In this document: piece after piece, positions 1 to 8,514 of the stretch
Layout: each line of letters opens with the position of its first letter
How positions within the stretch are numbered: the first letter of the stretch is position 1
DNA from: a virus
Taxonomy: Duplodnaviria; Caudoviricetes
Length of the DNA stretch: 41,218 nt
Direction: 5' to 3' (one strand)
IMG/VR virus record: IMGVR_UViG_3300029823_000374
Coordinates: 1-41,218 of that record
Translations under genes and position numbers: made by a program
Notes under the pieces: generated by a model
The model's input: the letters and a program-made list of their open reading frames with translations, nothing else
Told to the model about the DNA's origin: nothing
Databases searched by the model: none

Positions 1-258
1 TTGAATAGTAAATTATCAGAAAAAGAAAAAATAGTAGCATACGTCCTAAATAAAGAATTGAGGTATTCTCAAGAAAGCATTGCTAATTTAATGGCTGCTA
101 CACAATCTGACAAATCAATATCTCAAACAACTATTGCTAATGCTGTAAAAGAAGCAGGACTTTTAATTCAACTTGATCAAGTGAAAGAAAAATATTTAGA
201 GGTTAAACAAGAATTAGCCAGTTTAGGGTTTAAAGAAAGTAATAGTAGTGAAAATTAA
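1..258 (+). CDS. Host-flank hypothetical protein with an HTH-like segment (possibly 5'-truncated by the window edge)
   Basis: 85-aa ORF; YSQESIANLM...ISQTTIANAVK resembles an HTH; lies outside the left att site. Confidence 0.45.
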   Translation: MNSKLSEKEKIVAYVLNKELRYSQESIANLMAATQSDKSISQTTIANAVKEAGLLIQLDQVKEKYLEVKQELASLGFKESNSSEN

Positions 259-612
259 AACTATTCGTTTATTTTTTGATCATTTATATAAAAGGTAAAA
301 CCATTCTAAAAAACAGCTCTACCCTTCAATTTTTTAAGCTTAAATTATTACAGCATGGGTGATTGAGCTTTTTTTCTGTTCTTTCTACCCCATCATTTTA
401 GCCATTTTGTTTATGTTATCATAAGACTTTTGTCCTTCCCAGCCAGCTAGAAAAGGCAATATTCAATTGTAATAAACTGGTGTTTCTGCAAAAGCGCTAG
501 CTTGTTTACTTTTTATCTAGTTATTACATATCACAGCTTTAACTAAACGAAATAATTTTTCTGGTATCTTATCCTGTTTAACTTTATTTAACTCTAATTT
601 CTATTTTCTCAT

Positions 613-662
613 AAAAAAACACCCACCTGCCTACTGTAATATCACTACAATAAACAAGTGGG
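613..662 (-). terminator. Intrinsic terminator downstream of the displaced tRNA 3' half
   Basis: Minus-strand 19-bp stem CCCACTTGTTTATTGTAGT-GAT-ATTACAGTAGGCAGGTGGG pairs fully with G-U wobbles only on this strand; followed by TGTTTTTTT. Confidence 0.65.
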
Positions 663-706
663 CATTTCCGTATTCAAAAACTGTCAAACCCTAGACATTC
701 CTTACT

Positions 707-752
707 TGGTGCTCCTAAGAAGATTCGAACTTCCGACCTACTGATTACGAAT
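707..752 (-). other. Left attachment site: displaced 3' half of tRNA-Thr (18-bp identical core 735-752)
   Basis: TGGTGCTCCTAagaaGATTCGAACttccGACCTACTGATTACGAAT matches 40393-40438 except in the T-stem. Confidence 0.93.
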
Positions 753-843
753 TAGCATTTTTATGTTTGGTGTAATTATGTGCAAGCTTAAAGCATTGAT
801 ATAACTAAGTTTTGCAAGATGTATCTTAGGTGTAAAAATGTAC

Positions 844-886
844 TTTTGGGGACTTTTTTACTAAATCTGTCCCCAAAATGTCCCCA
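844..886. repeat. Putative integrase arm-type binding sites (left arm)
   Basis: TTTTGGGGAC (844-853) and TGTCCCCAAAATGTCCCCA (868-886); near-identical TGTCCCCAAAACGTCCCCA at 40302-40320. Confidence 0.75.
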
Positions 887-922
887 GCTTTCTTGTTAAT
901 TTAAGTTGGAGTTTCTATATTA

Positions 923-1042
923 TTATAAGTATTTTAAAAAATCATCTTCTGTAATAATTTCTAACTCTTGACCCTTAGATATTAATTGCTCTGCTTTTTT
1001 TAATTTACTACTCTTTTCTCCATCCACAAATTTTGAATAATC
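923..1042 (-). pseudogene. C-terminal remnant of a BRCT-domain protein
   Basis: Translates DYSKFVDGEKSSKLKKAEQLISKGQELEIITEDDFLKYL*, a typical BRCT tail; homology begins abruptly at a terminator, with no RBS. Confidence 0.7.
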
Positions 1043-1063
1043 CCTAGGTGAAAAAGCCTAGGG
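1036..1063 (-). terminator. Terminator of the membrane-moron operon
   Basis: CCCTAGG-N8-CCTAGGG hairpin just after the 1071 stop. Confidence 0.55.
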
Positions 1064-1070
1064 TTTATTA

Positions 1071-1355
1071 CTATGCTTGAGGAGTTACATTATTTGCATC
1101 TGCTGTATCTGTTGTATTTTCTATTGGTTGAGTGTCTTGTACTGTAGAGCTTGTGTTTTGTGTAGAAGGAATAACTCCCTGTATAGTAGTTATAGTCTGC
1201 TTCATTTTTTTATCTGCTAATATAAATCCTATTCCAGATACTAAAGCTGCCAAAGCTCCCACTATAGCAGCTATGCCAATATCACCAATCATATTAATTC
1301 CCATAATAATTCCAACAGCTCCAATTACAATAAGTATTATACCTATAGCTTTCAT
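1071..1355 (-). CDS. Small two-TM membrane protein (moron)
   Basis: Two hydrophobic helices plus a T/Q/N-rich tail; GGGGGAAA RBS. Confidence 0.8.
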   Translation of the reverse strand: MKAIGIILIVIGAVGIIMGINMIGDIGIAAIVGALAALVSGIGFILADKKMKQTITTIQGVIPSTQNTSSTVQDTQPIENTTDTADANNVTPQA

Positions 1356-1370
1356 TTTATTATTTCCCCC

Positions 1371-1985
1371 TTATTTTATATTATATCCAACAACCTTTTC
1401 ATCATTACCTTCATGTACCAATATACCATTCGCTACATTAAAATCCTTTGGTACTTCAAAAACCACATATGTTTCTTTTGGAGTATTAGGATTGATGCTA
1501 TCAACAGCTAAGAAGAAATTTGAATTGCTCTTATATATAGTCTCAACTTGTGTAGCTGTAAGTGAAGCATCTCCATTTAGCTGATATTGCTTTTTATCTT
1601 TTGAATTAATTAATGTAAATTCATTGTCACTATATTGTACTGCTGCTTGCGATATATTAGTCATTTGCAACTTAAGAACTATAAACTTTTGCTGTGTAGT
1701 TTTATTGTCTGATCCATCACCACTTTGTATTGTAGTAGCTTCCTGTGTGTCTAAAATCTTAATTTTCCAATTCCCAGAAGTACCTTCTTCACCTAGTTTA
1801 TATATCTTTTGTTTTTCTTTAGAGTTAGTATTAGATTGAGATGTTGACGTCTGAGATGTCTCTTTAGATACCTTAGCATCAATAGTTTTATTTACTCTAT
1901 TTATAGCCATAGTATCTCCTACAAAATAACCGACAATAAAAATTAAAATAGCTCCTATAACTTCTACAATTACTCTTTTTTTCAT
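1371..1985 (-). CDS. Membrane-anchored DUF4352-like protein (lysogenic-conversion moron)
   Basis: Start reassigned to ATG 1985 (RBS AAGGGGGG); N-terminal TM, S/T linker, KFIVLKLQMTN...INPN...VVFEVPKD motifs. Confidence 0.8.
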   Translation of the reverse strand: MKKRVIVEVIGAILIFIVGYFVGDTMAINRVNKTIDAKVSKETSQTSTSQSNTNSKEKQKIYKLGEEGTSGNWKIKILDTQEATTIQSGDGSDNKTTQQKFIVLKLQMTNISQAAVQYSDNEFTLINSKDKKQYQLNGDASLTATQVETIYKSNSNFFLAVDSINPNTPKETYVVFEVPKDFNVANGILVHEGNDEKVVGYNIK

Positions 1986-2014
1986 AATATCCCCCCTTAT
2001 GTATGTTTTATTAT

Positions 2015-2043
2015 ATTGTAACAAAATATTAACATTTTATCAA
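2015..2043 (-). promoter_or_regulatory. SigA-type promoter for the moron operon
   Basis: TTGATA-17-TACAAT with extended TG, located just after the lysis terminator. Confidence 0.7.
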
Positions 2044-2050
2044 TTTAACA

Positions 2051-2088
2051 CAAAAATAAAGCCTAGCAGGAATTACCCCACTAGGCTT
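2051..2088 (-). terminator. Terminator at the end of the late/lysis operon
   Basis: AAGCCTAG...CTAGGCTT stem followed by TATTTTT. Confidence 0.75.
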
Positions 2089-2098
2089 AAAATTATTA

Positions 2099-2458
2099 TT
2101 ATGCTTTTTTATTTAAGTTAATTTCTGCACACACAGATTTTATAATATCGTAAATATCACCAGAGCTTAATCCAGTCTTTTGAGTTATAATCTCAGTAGC
2201 CTTACTATGTTTCATAGCACCTTCCCAGTTAAACTCTTTACCTTCCTGCTCTATAGCAAGAATAGTCCTTTTTGCAATATCTACATCCTTATTATATTGT
2301 GCATCTCCTATTTGCTTCTTTAAAGCTTCCTTTTGTTTTTCAATTAATCCTTGCTTACTATCTATAAATTTCTTTCCATAATAAGTAGCTATTCCAGCTA
2401 TAGTTGTAACTCCTACATAACATACATCAGTAATTATTTCCTTTGCTATATCTATCAT
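2099..2458 (-). CDS. Putative holin (LL-H-like)
   Basis: N-terminal TM, AIEQ...GAMK...IIKSVCAEIN pattern, adjacent to the endolysin. Confidence 0.65.
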   Translation of the reverse strand: MIDIAKEIITDVCYVGVTTIAGIATYYGKKFIDSKQGLIEKQKEALKKQIGDAQYNKDVDIAKRTILAIEQEGKEFNWEGAMKHSKATEIITQKTGLSSGDIYDIIKSVCAEINLNKKA

Positions 2459-2518
2459 TTATATTACCTCCAAATATTTTTTATAATTTAAAAGAGAGCT
2501 ATAAAAGCTCCCTGCTGA

Positions 2519-3292
2519 TTAAAACAATAATTTAGATCCACCCTGACCTTTATTGTTATTGTAAGTTACTACTGGGGCTCCGCCCTTTCTAATAGTAATG
2601 TAGTTACCTCTATCTAAATGAATTCCCATGTCTCCGTCTGCTCTAGCTTCAATGTAGAACTTTGTATTAGGTATTGGACAAATATTAGCTCCTGTTGGTA
2701 CAGATTCATCATACTTTGGTACTTCCACAGGTTTTGGCTGTGCTGGTGCTGTAGTTGTCTGTGCTTGGACTACTTGGCCTGTTATCCCTGCCACTATAGC
2801 ATTAGCCATGCTTTCTGAATTCCATGCGGACATATCACTTGCACTATCAACAAAGCATTGCTCCACAAGTAAAGCTTTCATATTAGTATGTCTAAGTACA
2901 TATAGGTGTCCTCCATCTACTCCTTGTACCTTAACACCTCTATTTGTATATCCTAAAGCAGCTATATTGTTTACAATTCTGCTTGCTACATCTCTTCCAC
3001 TTTCAGAGCCAACCCAAACCTCTGTACCATGTCCACCATCACAATTAGCATGGATGGAAACATATAAATCAGCTCCCCAACTATTAGCAGCTTCAACTCT
3101 ATCTGCTAATGAAGTTCCTACATCAACACCTTGTGGCACATGGTCTATACATCTAAGTACCTGGTGTCCTAGAGCCTGTAACTTTGCAATAACTTTTTCT
3201 CCAGTTTGAATGTTCATTGTATTTTCGTTTCCAATTGCTACAGCTCCACTGTCCTGTCCTCTGTTATGTCCTTCATCTATTGCTATTTTCAT
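2519..3292 (-). CDS. Endolysin, N-acetylmuramoyl-L-alanine amidase (Amidase_3)
   Basis: IAIDEGH, E, SIHAN and LLVEQCFVD zinc-amidase motifs; P/T linker and C-terminal domain. Confidence 0.92.
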   Translation of the reverse strand: MKIAIDEGHNRGQDSGAVAIGNENTMNIQTGEKVIAKLQALGHQVLRCIDHVPQGVDVGTSLADRVEAANSWGADLYVSIHANCDGGHGTEVWVGSESGRDVASRIVNNIAALGYTNRGVKVQGVDGGHLYVLRHTNMKALLVEQCFVDSASDMSAWNSESMANAIVAGITGQVVQAQTTTAPAQPKPVEVPKYDESVPTGANICPIPNTKFYIEARADGDMGIHLDRGNYITIRKGGAPVVTYNNNKGQGGSKLLF

Positions 3293-3315
3293 AAAATCAT
3301 TTCCTTTCTATTTTC

Positions 3316-3570
3316 TTATTTTTTTAATAAAACTCCTATAACAAAAATAGAGACTGTGACAAATATGCCAAGTCCCCATTGTATAGTATTTATAAAATCA
3401 TCCATTTTCTTTATCAGGTTCTTAATTTCAGTCCTATTTTCAGTTTCATTTTGTTCTAACTTATCCAGCCTGTTAGAGTGATTGTTTAGCCTAGTATCAT
3501 GTAATTCTAATTTTTCTTTTATCTGTTTGTGCCTTTCCTCACACAATTCACCATCATAATTTTCACTCAT
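3316..3570 (-). CDS. XhlA-family haemolysin/holin-like lysis protein
   Basis: HDTRLNNHSNRLDKLEQ coiled coil plus C-terminal TM, upstream of the amidase. Confidence 0.85.
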   Translation of the reverse strand: MSENYDGELCEERHKQIKEKLELHDTRLNNHSNRLDKLEQNETENRTEIKNLIKKMDDFINTIQWGLGIFVTVSIFVIGVLLKK

Positions 3571-3638
3571 ATACTACCTCCTGTTAATTTTTTGTATTAA
3601 AAAAGAGCCTTGGATTCTTCCAAAGTTCTTGATGTGTT

Positions 3639-3666
3639 AGTTCGCAAAAATATTCTATTATGAATT
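3639..3666 (-). repeat. dif/lox-like 28-bp site A
   Basis: AATTCATAATA-GAATAT-TTTTGCGAACT overlapping the methyltransferase stop codon. Confidence 0.6.
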
Positions 3667-4402
3667 AATTTGTTTTTTTAAATTCAATGATTTGATTATA
3701 ACTATATTTGTTAAATATTTTTATATATTTATAAAAAAATTCGTCTACTGATTTAAAAAATTTTTCTGCTTTCTTATTTTTAAATATATATGTTCCTAGC
3801 ATTATAAAAAACTTAAATTCTGGATAGTAGACTTTAAGTTTTCCAAACTTACTTTTTAACATGTTAATTTCTCTAGGTTCAAAAGGATATTCTTCTTCAT
3901 CTCCGTATTTAGGCACGCCAAATTTTCCAACAACATTTTGCCTAAAAAACATTAAAATTTTATTTCGTGAACTATTTTCAAAAAAAATTCCTCTACCATT
4001 TTGATTTAAAATATTAAATGCTACATTTACAAAATTATTAAAAGGTTCTATATGATGTAAAATAAATTTTCCAACAACTAAATCAAATTTCTTGTTCAAC
4101 TGTTCTAAATCCATAGCATTTATAGCATAACCATTTATTCTTACATTATTATATTCAGATAAAATTTTTAAGTTATTAATAGATTGTTTAGATATATCTA
4201 TCGCTGTTACATTAGCTCCTTTTTTAGCTAAATATACCGATAGTTCTCCATCACCACATCCTAAGTCTAAAATATCTTTTCCATTAACATCCCCAATTAA
4301 ATTCAACAAAGAGCTTAAATATGTAAAATCATAACTTGTAATATTAAAAGGTTTAAAATTGCTCCATACATTATCCCAAAAATTTATAGCAGATTTCTCC
4401 AT
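3665..4402 (-). CDS. Class I SAM-dependent methyltransferase (moron)
   Basis: ILDLGCGDG motif I, VTAIDIS, FDLVVG..ILHHI; visibly more AT-rich than the core phage genes. Confidence 0.9.
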   Translation of the reverse strand: MEKSAINFWDNVWSNFKPFNITSYDFTYLSSLLNLIGDVNGKDILDLGCGDGELSVYLAKKGANVTAIDISKQSINNLKILSEYNNVRINGYAINAMDLEQLNKKFDLVVGKFILHHIEPFNNFVNVAFNILNQNGRGIFFENSSRNKILMFFRQNVVGKFGVPKYGDEEEYPFEPREINMLKSKFGKLKVYYPEFKFFIMLGTYIFKNKKAEKFFKSVDEFFYKYIKIFNKYSYNQIIEFKKTN

Positions 4403-4462
4403 AGTTTGTTCCTCCTTAGAAATATTTATTATATAAAATTAAAAATTAACACTTTTAATAAT

Positions 4463-4491
4463 ATATTCTACAAATCTCTTCAAAAACCTTT
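4463..4491 (-). promoter_or_regulatory. SigH-like promoter of the methyltransferase
   Basis: AAAGGTTTT-11-GTAGAATAT versus the consensus RNAGGAWWW-11/12-RNNGAATWW. Confidence 0.6.
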
Positions 4492-4529
4492 TTTATAAAT
4501 TTTAGAGAATAATTTCCTATATAGCTCAA

Positions 4530-4823
4530 TTATACTGTTTGCCCTTCATCTAATAAATCTATAGCATCTTTATATTCATCTAAAGTTTTAAGATACTCAT
4601 ATCCTTGTTTTATAAAATTTAAAGCTGTACCTGAAACATCAGGTACAAAATGATATATCTTTTGTTCTAAATATCCTTTACCATCTATAAAATCTTGTTG
4701 TGATACATAAGAGTTTACTGATATATCTAAACCACCTTTATATCCATTTATAGCATCTATTCTTATATAAGCATTTTGAATTTGCAAACCATTTTGTAAA
4801 GTTATTGTTTTTTGTAAAGCCAT
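4530..4823 (-). CDS. Small protein following the tailspike (possible fibre-assembly chaperone)
   Basis: MALQKTI...AYIRID...KQGYEYLKTL pattern; position; AGGAGG RBS. Confidence 0.6.
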   Translation of the reverse strand: MALQKTITLQNGLQIQNAYIRIDAINGYKGGLDISVNSYVSQQDFIDGKGYLEQKIYHFVPDVSGTALNFIKQGYEYLKTLDEYKDAIDLLDEGQTV

Positions 4824-4838
4824 TTTTATACCCTCCTA

Positions 4839-6701
4839 TTAATTACCTGTTAAAACGTGACACTCTTGCCATACACCAGGGTTTCCACTTGTTTTACATA
4901 TCCATCCTAGTATAATATATTTTGAACCTGATGTACCTGCTTCGCTTGGATTCGAATTATAAATAAAATCTCCAACATTCCATGTTCCATTTATTGGTAT
5001 TGAGTTTTTTTGACCAATTTGAATATTTTCAGGTAAATAAACTTTTTTTTGATTACCATAGCCCCAACAAGCATAACCAAATAAAAAACTATTTTGATTT
5101 TCATTTTGAGTCCATGCATGTTTTGCTTTCAAAAGTCCAACTATATTAGGATTTGTTGGAGCAGATGAAAACTCAGTTGTTAAATCAGTTGAATATAACC
5201 CATTATCTACTTCATACCCATTTACTATAGGTTTGGGATTAAACCCATCAGCAGATGAAAATATGCTGTTTTTATCATTAAAAGATAATCCCAAACAATT
5301 TTTAAAGCTTGGATAATCATAATCGTCAAATGTAAACCTAATAGTTTTATATTGATTTGTTTTTGCAGAATTTATTGTTTTAGAATTTGCAAACCAACAT
5401 TCTTCCATTACAAAAGGGCTCCCACATCCATTAATAATATTTCCACTAGAATCTCTACTCCCATAAAATACTATATGTGCTTGATTCGTTTCATTCTTAT
5501 GATTGGGAAGTGGATAACCATCCGTATCTATATACCAATCATTTTCATTTTTTTCAATTGAAATCATAATTAAATTTTTTCTAAACATAATATCGTGTCT
5601 CGCACAATCTTCTGCAACGATTCCATTTGTAGTTATATTAGTTCCATCTGTAGGATTAAAAAAGCATTTTTTAAAATAAACTGAATAACCAGTATTAACT
5701 AATATATCTATATATTGCTGTTCAAAATAACAACAATCAAATACATCCTCAAATGTTTCTTTTAAATTTATTCCAATAGATTGCAAATAAAATTCATCTG
5801 GCTGTAATTTATCTCCATTAAATTTACCATTAGTTGTCATATTGTAATAACTACCTATATTCTCCTCGAATATACAACGATAAAATATATTATTAGATGT
5901 TTTATTCAAGCATAAGCCTTGATGATTATACCAAAATTTACAATTAAAAAATGTGTTAGTACAATTGTCAATAGTTGTTTTGTCTGGCTGGGTACTTTCT
6001 GTAGCATCTATATTACAACCTATTCTACAATATCTAACAACTACATTATCAAACATAATCCACTCAATTTTATTCATTTCAAGTCCATTGCCATAAAAGT
6101 ATTCTATTTCAACATCCTTAATTTCTGCGTGCATAACACCGTCAAATTGAATGGCATGATTTTTAACTCTATCTAAGTTATGTGGCTGATGTATATCATT
6201 AATACCTACTAATTTCAAGTTTTCAATATTTATATTTTTACTATATTTTCCTCCTAAATTCCACATATTAGGATAAGCATAATGAGGATCATTTGTATTA
6301 TAACCTGCATAAAAAAGTGGTCTATCATCAGCCATAAGTTTTATTTGAGTTGAAAATTTACTTGCTCCTTTTATATTTACAAATGAGAATAAGTTTATAG
6401 TATCATAAACTTGATATAACCCACTTGGAAAATATAAATATGTAATACCATAAGGAGTTGTATTTTGACCATAATAATTGCCACTTGGAATTTTACTTAG
6501 TATATAATTTATACCTGCATTAATAGCATCTGTCCAATCCTCATTAGATTGCCCTAAATTATGCACAAGTGGGAGCCAATTTTTTATACTTACTGCATAA
6601 TCTGCCATTTGCGAACCTAAACTTTTTATATCATCATGCATCCCACCTACTTTATCCCAATCTACCATACCGTTATTTTTTATTATGTCATTTCTTCCCA
6701 T
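4839..6701 (-). CDS. Tailspike / receptor-binding polysaccharide depolymerase (right-handed beta-helix, pectate-lyase-like)
   Basis: DWTDAINAGI, LYFPSGLY, beta-helix-type Asn/Cys repeats, C-terminal GTWNVGD...GWICKTSGNPGVW. Confidence 0.85.
   Translation of the reverse strand: MGRNDIIKNNGMVDWDKVGGMHDDIKSLGSQMADYAVSIKNWLPLVHNLGQSNEDWTDAINAGINYILSKIPSGNYYGQNTTPYGITYLYFPSGLYQVYDTINLFSFVNIKGASKFSTQIKLMADDRPLFYAGYNTNDPHYAYPNMWNLGGKYSKNINIENLKLVGINDIHQPHNLDRVKNHAIQFDGVMHAEIKDVEIEYFYGNGLEMNKIEWIMFDNVVVRYCRIGCNIDATESTQPDKTTIDNCTNTFFNCKFWYNHQGLCLNKTSNNIFYRCIFEENIGSYYNMTTNGKFNGDKLQPDEFYLQSIGINLKETFEDVFDCCYFEQQYIDILVNTGYSVYFKKCFFNPTDGTNITTNGIVAEDCARHDIMFRKNLIMISIEKNENDWYIDTDGYPLPNHKNETNQAHIVFYGSRDSSGNIINGCGSPFVMEECWFANSKTINSAKTNQYKTIRFTFDDYDYPSFKNCLGLSFNDKNSIFSSADGFNPKPIVNGYEVDNGLYSTDLTTEFSSAPTNPNIVGLLKAKHAWTQNENQNSFLFGYACWGYGNQKKVYLPENIQIGQKNSIPINGTWNVGDFIYNSNPSEAGTSGSKYIILGWICKTSGNPGVWQECHVLTGN
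6590..6617 (-). repeat. dif/lox-like 28-bp site C, in-frame within the tailspike gene
   Basis: GGTTCGCAAAT-GGCAGA-TTATGCAGTAA encodes GSQMADYAV (aa 29-37). Confidence 0.55.
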
Positions 6702-6718
6702 ATGTTCTCACCTGCCTT

Positions 6719-7441
6719 TTATAAATAGAATCCACAATGGTTAAAGGTAACTGTCACGGCACTATTCGCTGTGTTAGATTGAGATTTTACGTCCAACTGT
6801 TTAATATATACATCATCCTTGATTAAGTCCATCAAATCCGAATTTGAAAAAGGTATCGCTTCTATTGCGGTTGATGTCTTAGTTACTGTTGCGGATGTAT
6901 TGTCAGAATAGGTTGCGACTACTTTTGCAGTTATACTTTCAGAACCAACAAATGTACCTCCAAATACTATAGATATCGCCATAGGATTAATGGCTGCATA
7001 ACCACTTGGAGGTACCAAACTTATTACAGAACCATCTGTATTAGCCGTTGCAGATGGACTTGCTAGACTGCTTTTCTTGTAGTTTTTCTGTATTGCTAAT
7101 TTAGTTGCTTGTATTCCTGCGTTACTGTTTATATCTGCATCTTGTATAATTCCTGCCTTAAAACTACCATCATTATTGTGTTTTACGGAAAATTCTTCAT
7201 GTCGAACCGCCTGTCCATTTGCTGTAGCCATAACATCTAAACCCATTTCGGACTGTATTAAAGGTTTATGTGAACCATCATTGTTATGTCTCTTAGAAAA
7301 TTCATCCCATCTAACCGCCTGTCCTGTTGCTGTTGCAGAAGCATCAAGTCCCATTTCACTTTGCAGAACGCCACTTTGGAGTCTTTTATTAAATTCCTCT
7401 GCTAGATTTATTTGTTCACCTACTGCTAAATTACTTTTCAT
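6719..7441 (-). CDS. Tail fibre/baseplate-associated protein with two 36-aa repeats
   Basis: QSEMGLD..ATA.GQAVR..EFS..HNNDGS.K occurs twice; located in the tail-tip cluster. Confidence 0.7.
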   Translation of the reverse strand: MKSNLAVGEQINLAEEFNKRLQSGVLQSEMGLDASATATGQAVRWDEFSKRHNNDGSHKPLIQSEMGLDVMATANGQAVRHEEFSVKHNNDGSFKAGIIQDADINSNAGIQATKLAIQKNYKKSSLASPSATANTDGSVISLVPPSGYAAINPMAISIVFGGTFVGSESITAKVVATYSDNTSATVTKTSTAIEAIPFSNSDLMDLIKDDVYIKQLDVKSQSNTANSAVTVTFNHCGFYL

Positions 7442-7453
7442 AAAAAAGTCCTC

Positions 7454-7717
7454 CTATCCTAAAGTTATAGTCCCCAGTATTACTGGGTTAAGAGTTAAAA
7501 TTATATTGCCTACTGTTGTGCCATCAAATTTTATTGGTACATCCCATGGAAATACAGAAGCCGCACTTACATCACTTTTAATACTAACCTCTGTATTTGT
7601 GCCATCTCCATTTCCTACAATCAACCTACCTTCATCTTGTATATACCCTGGCATAGCTATAGGCAATGGTTTTACATCTTTTCTTAAACCCCTTCTAATC
7701 TGTATACTATCTGCCAT
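7454..7717 (-). CDS. Small tail-fibre adaptor (Mtd/hyaluronidase N-terminal-like)
   Basis: IQIRRG...PGY..DEGRLIVGNG motif. Confidence 0.65.
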   Translation of the reverse strand: MADSIQIRRGLRKDVKPLPIAMPGYIQDEGRLIVGNGDGTNTEVSIKSDVSAASVFPWDVPIKFDGTTVGNIILTLNPVILGTITLG

Positions 7718-8499
7718 TAAAAACTACCTCCATCCATACTTAATACCCATGTGCCAGTATCTCCTGTATCTCCAAAAGTTCCTCCATCAAATAAATAAGG
7801 AACTCTGTCAATTTTTCCTGAAGAATTAACAAAATCCCTGAATAAATCATATAAACTTTCTCTACTTACTTCATTCGCTTGTCTAGTGATTTCGTTACTA
7901 ACCCTGTTCTGCTCATTTGCTAATCTAGTGCTTTCGCCAGATTCAACACTTTCTGAATAAGTTTTAGCATCATTCGCTATTTGTATAGCTTCATCACCTT
8001 TATTCAATGCTGTATCTTTAGCATAAAGAGCAACATCTAAAGCAACACTTGCACTTTCTAAAGCATCATCAGACGTATTTATCGCTTCATTTCCAACAAC
8101 TACCGCAGATTGCCCTAGATCTGTTGCCCTCTCTATTGCACTATTGCCTATATCTGTGGCTATCTGCTTTGCTTCATTACCTTTTTCAGTTGCTATATTT
8201 ACAGCTTGATTTCCTAAATCAACTGTTTCATTGCCTTTTTGGGTAGCAATAGTTAAAGCATTTTGAGCATTTGAGTTAGCTGTATTAGCTACATTGTTTG
8301 CATTTGCACTAGTTGTTTTAGCACTATTTGCTAGTTGTATTGCTTCGGTTGCTACATTTACTGCACTACTTGAATTAGATTCCGCATTATTTATAGTAGT
8401 CGCCATATCTTCAAGGCCACCAGCTATATTCTCTCTAACATCTTTTCCATGAAATGCCGTCCTTATTTGCGAAGTCCTAACACTAATATCAACTGCCAT
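7717..8499 (-). CDS. Minor tail/baseplate protein with Ala-rich coiled coil
   Basis: IRTAFHGKDVRENIA N-terminus, E..R..NE repeats, DGGTF/DGGSF C-terminus. Confidence 0.75.
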   Translation of the reverse strand: MAVDISVRTSQIRTAFHGKDVRENIAGGLEDMATTINNAESNSSSAVNVATEAIQLANSAKTTSANANNVANTANSNAQNALTIATQKGNETVDLGNQAVNIATEKGNEAKQIATDIGNSAIERATDLGQSAVVVGNEAINTSDDALESASVALDVALYAKDTALNKGDEAIQIANDAKTYSESVESGESTRLANEQNRVSNEITRQANEVSRESLYDLFRDFVNSSGKIDRVPYLFDGGTFGDTGDTGTWVLSMDGGSF

Positions 8500-8514
8500 T
8501 AGTTATTACCTCCC

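Noticed and set aside
300-612. Minus-strand reading frame after AGGTGG...ATG, possibly a decayed transposase
   Set aside because: Multiple stops and no motif or terminal repeat I can recognise; cannot support a call.
4503-4530. Possible seventh cassette site between the chaperone and the methyltransferase (TTGAGCTATAT AGGAAA TTATTCTCTAA)
   Set aside because: The position fits, but both arms match the consensus poorly and the left arm is out of register.
7454-7717. Mtd-N-like protein suggesting a diversity-generating retroelement
   Set aside because: No reverse transcriptase and no TR/VR pair differing at adenines was seen in the window.
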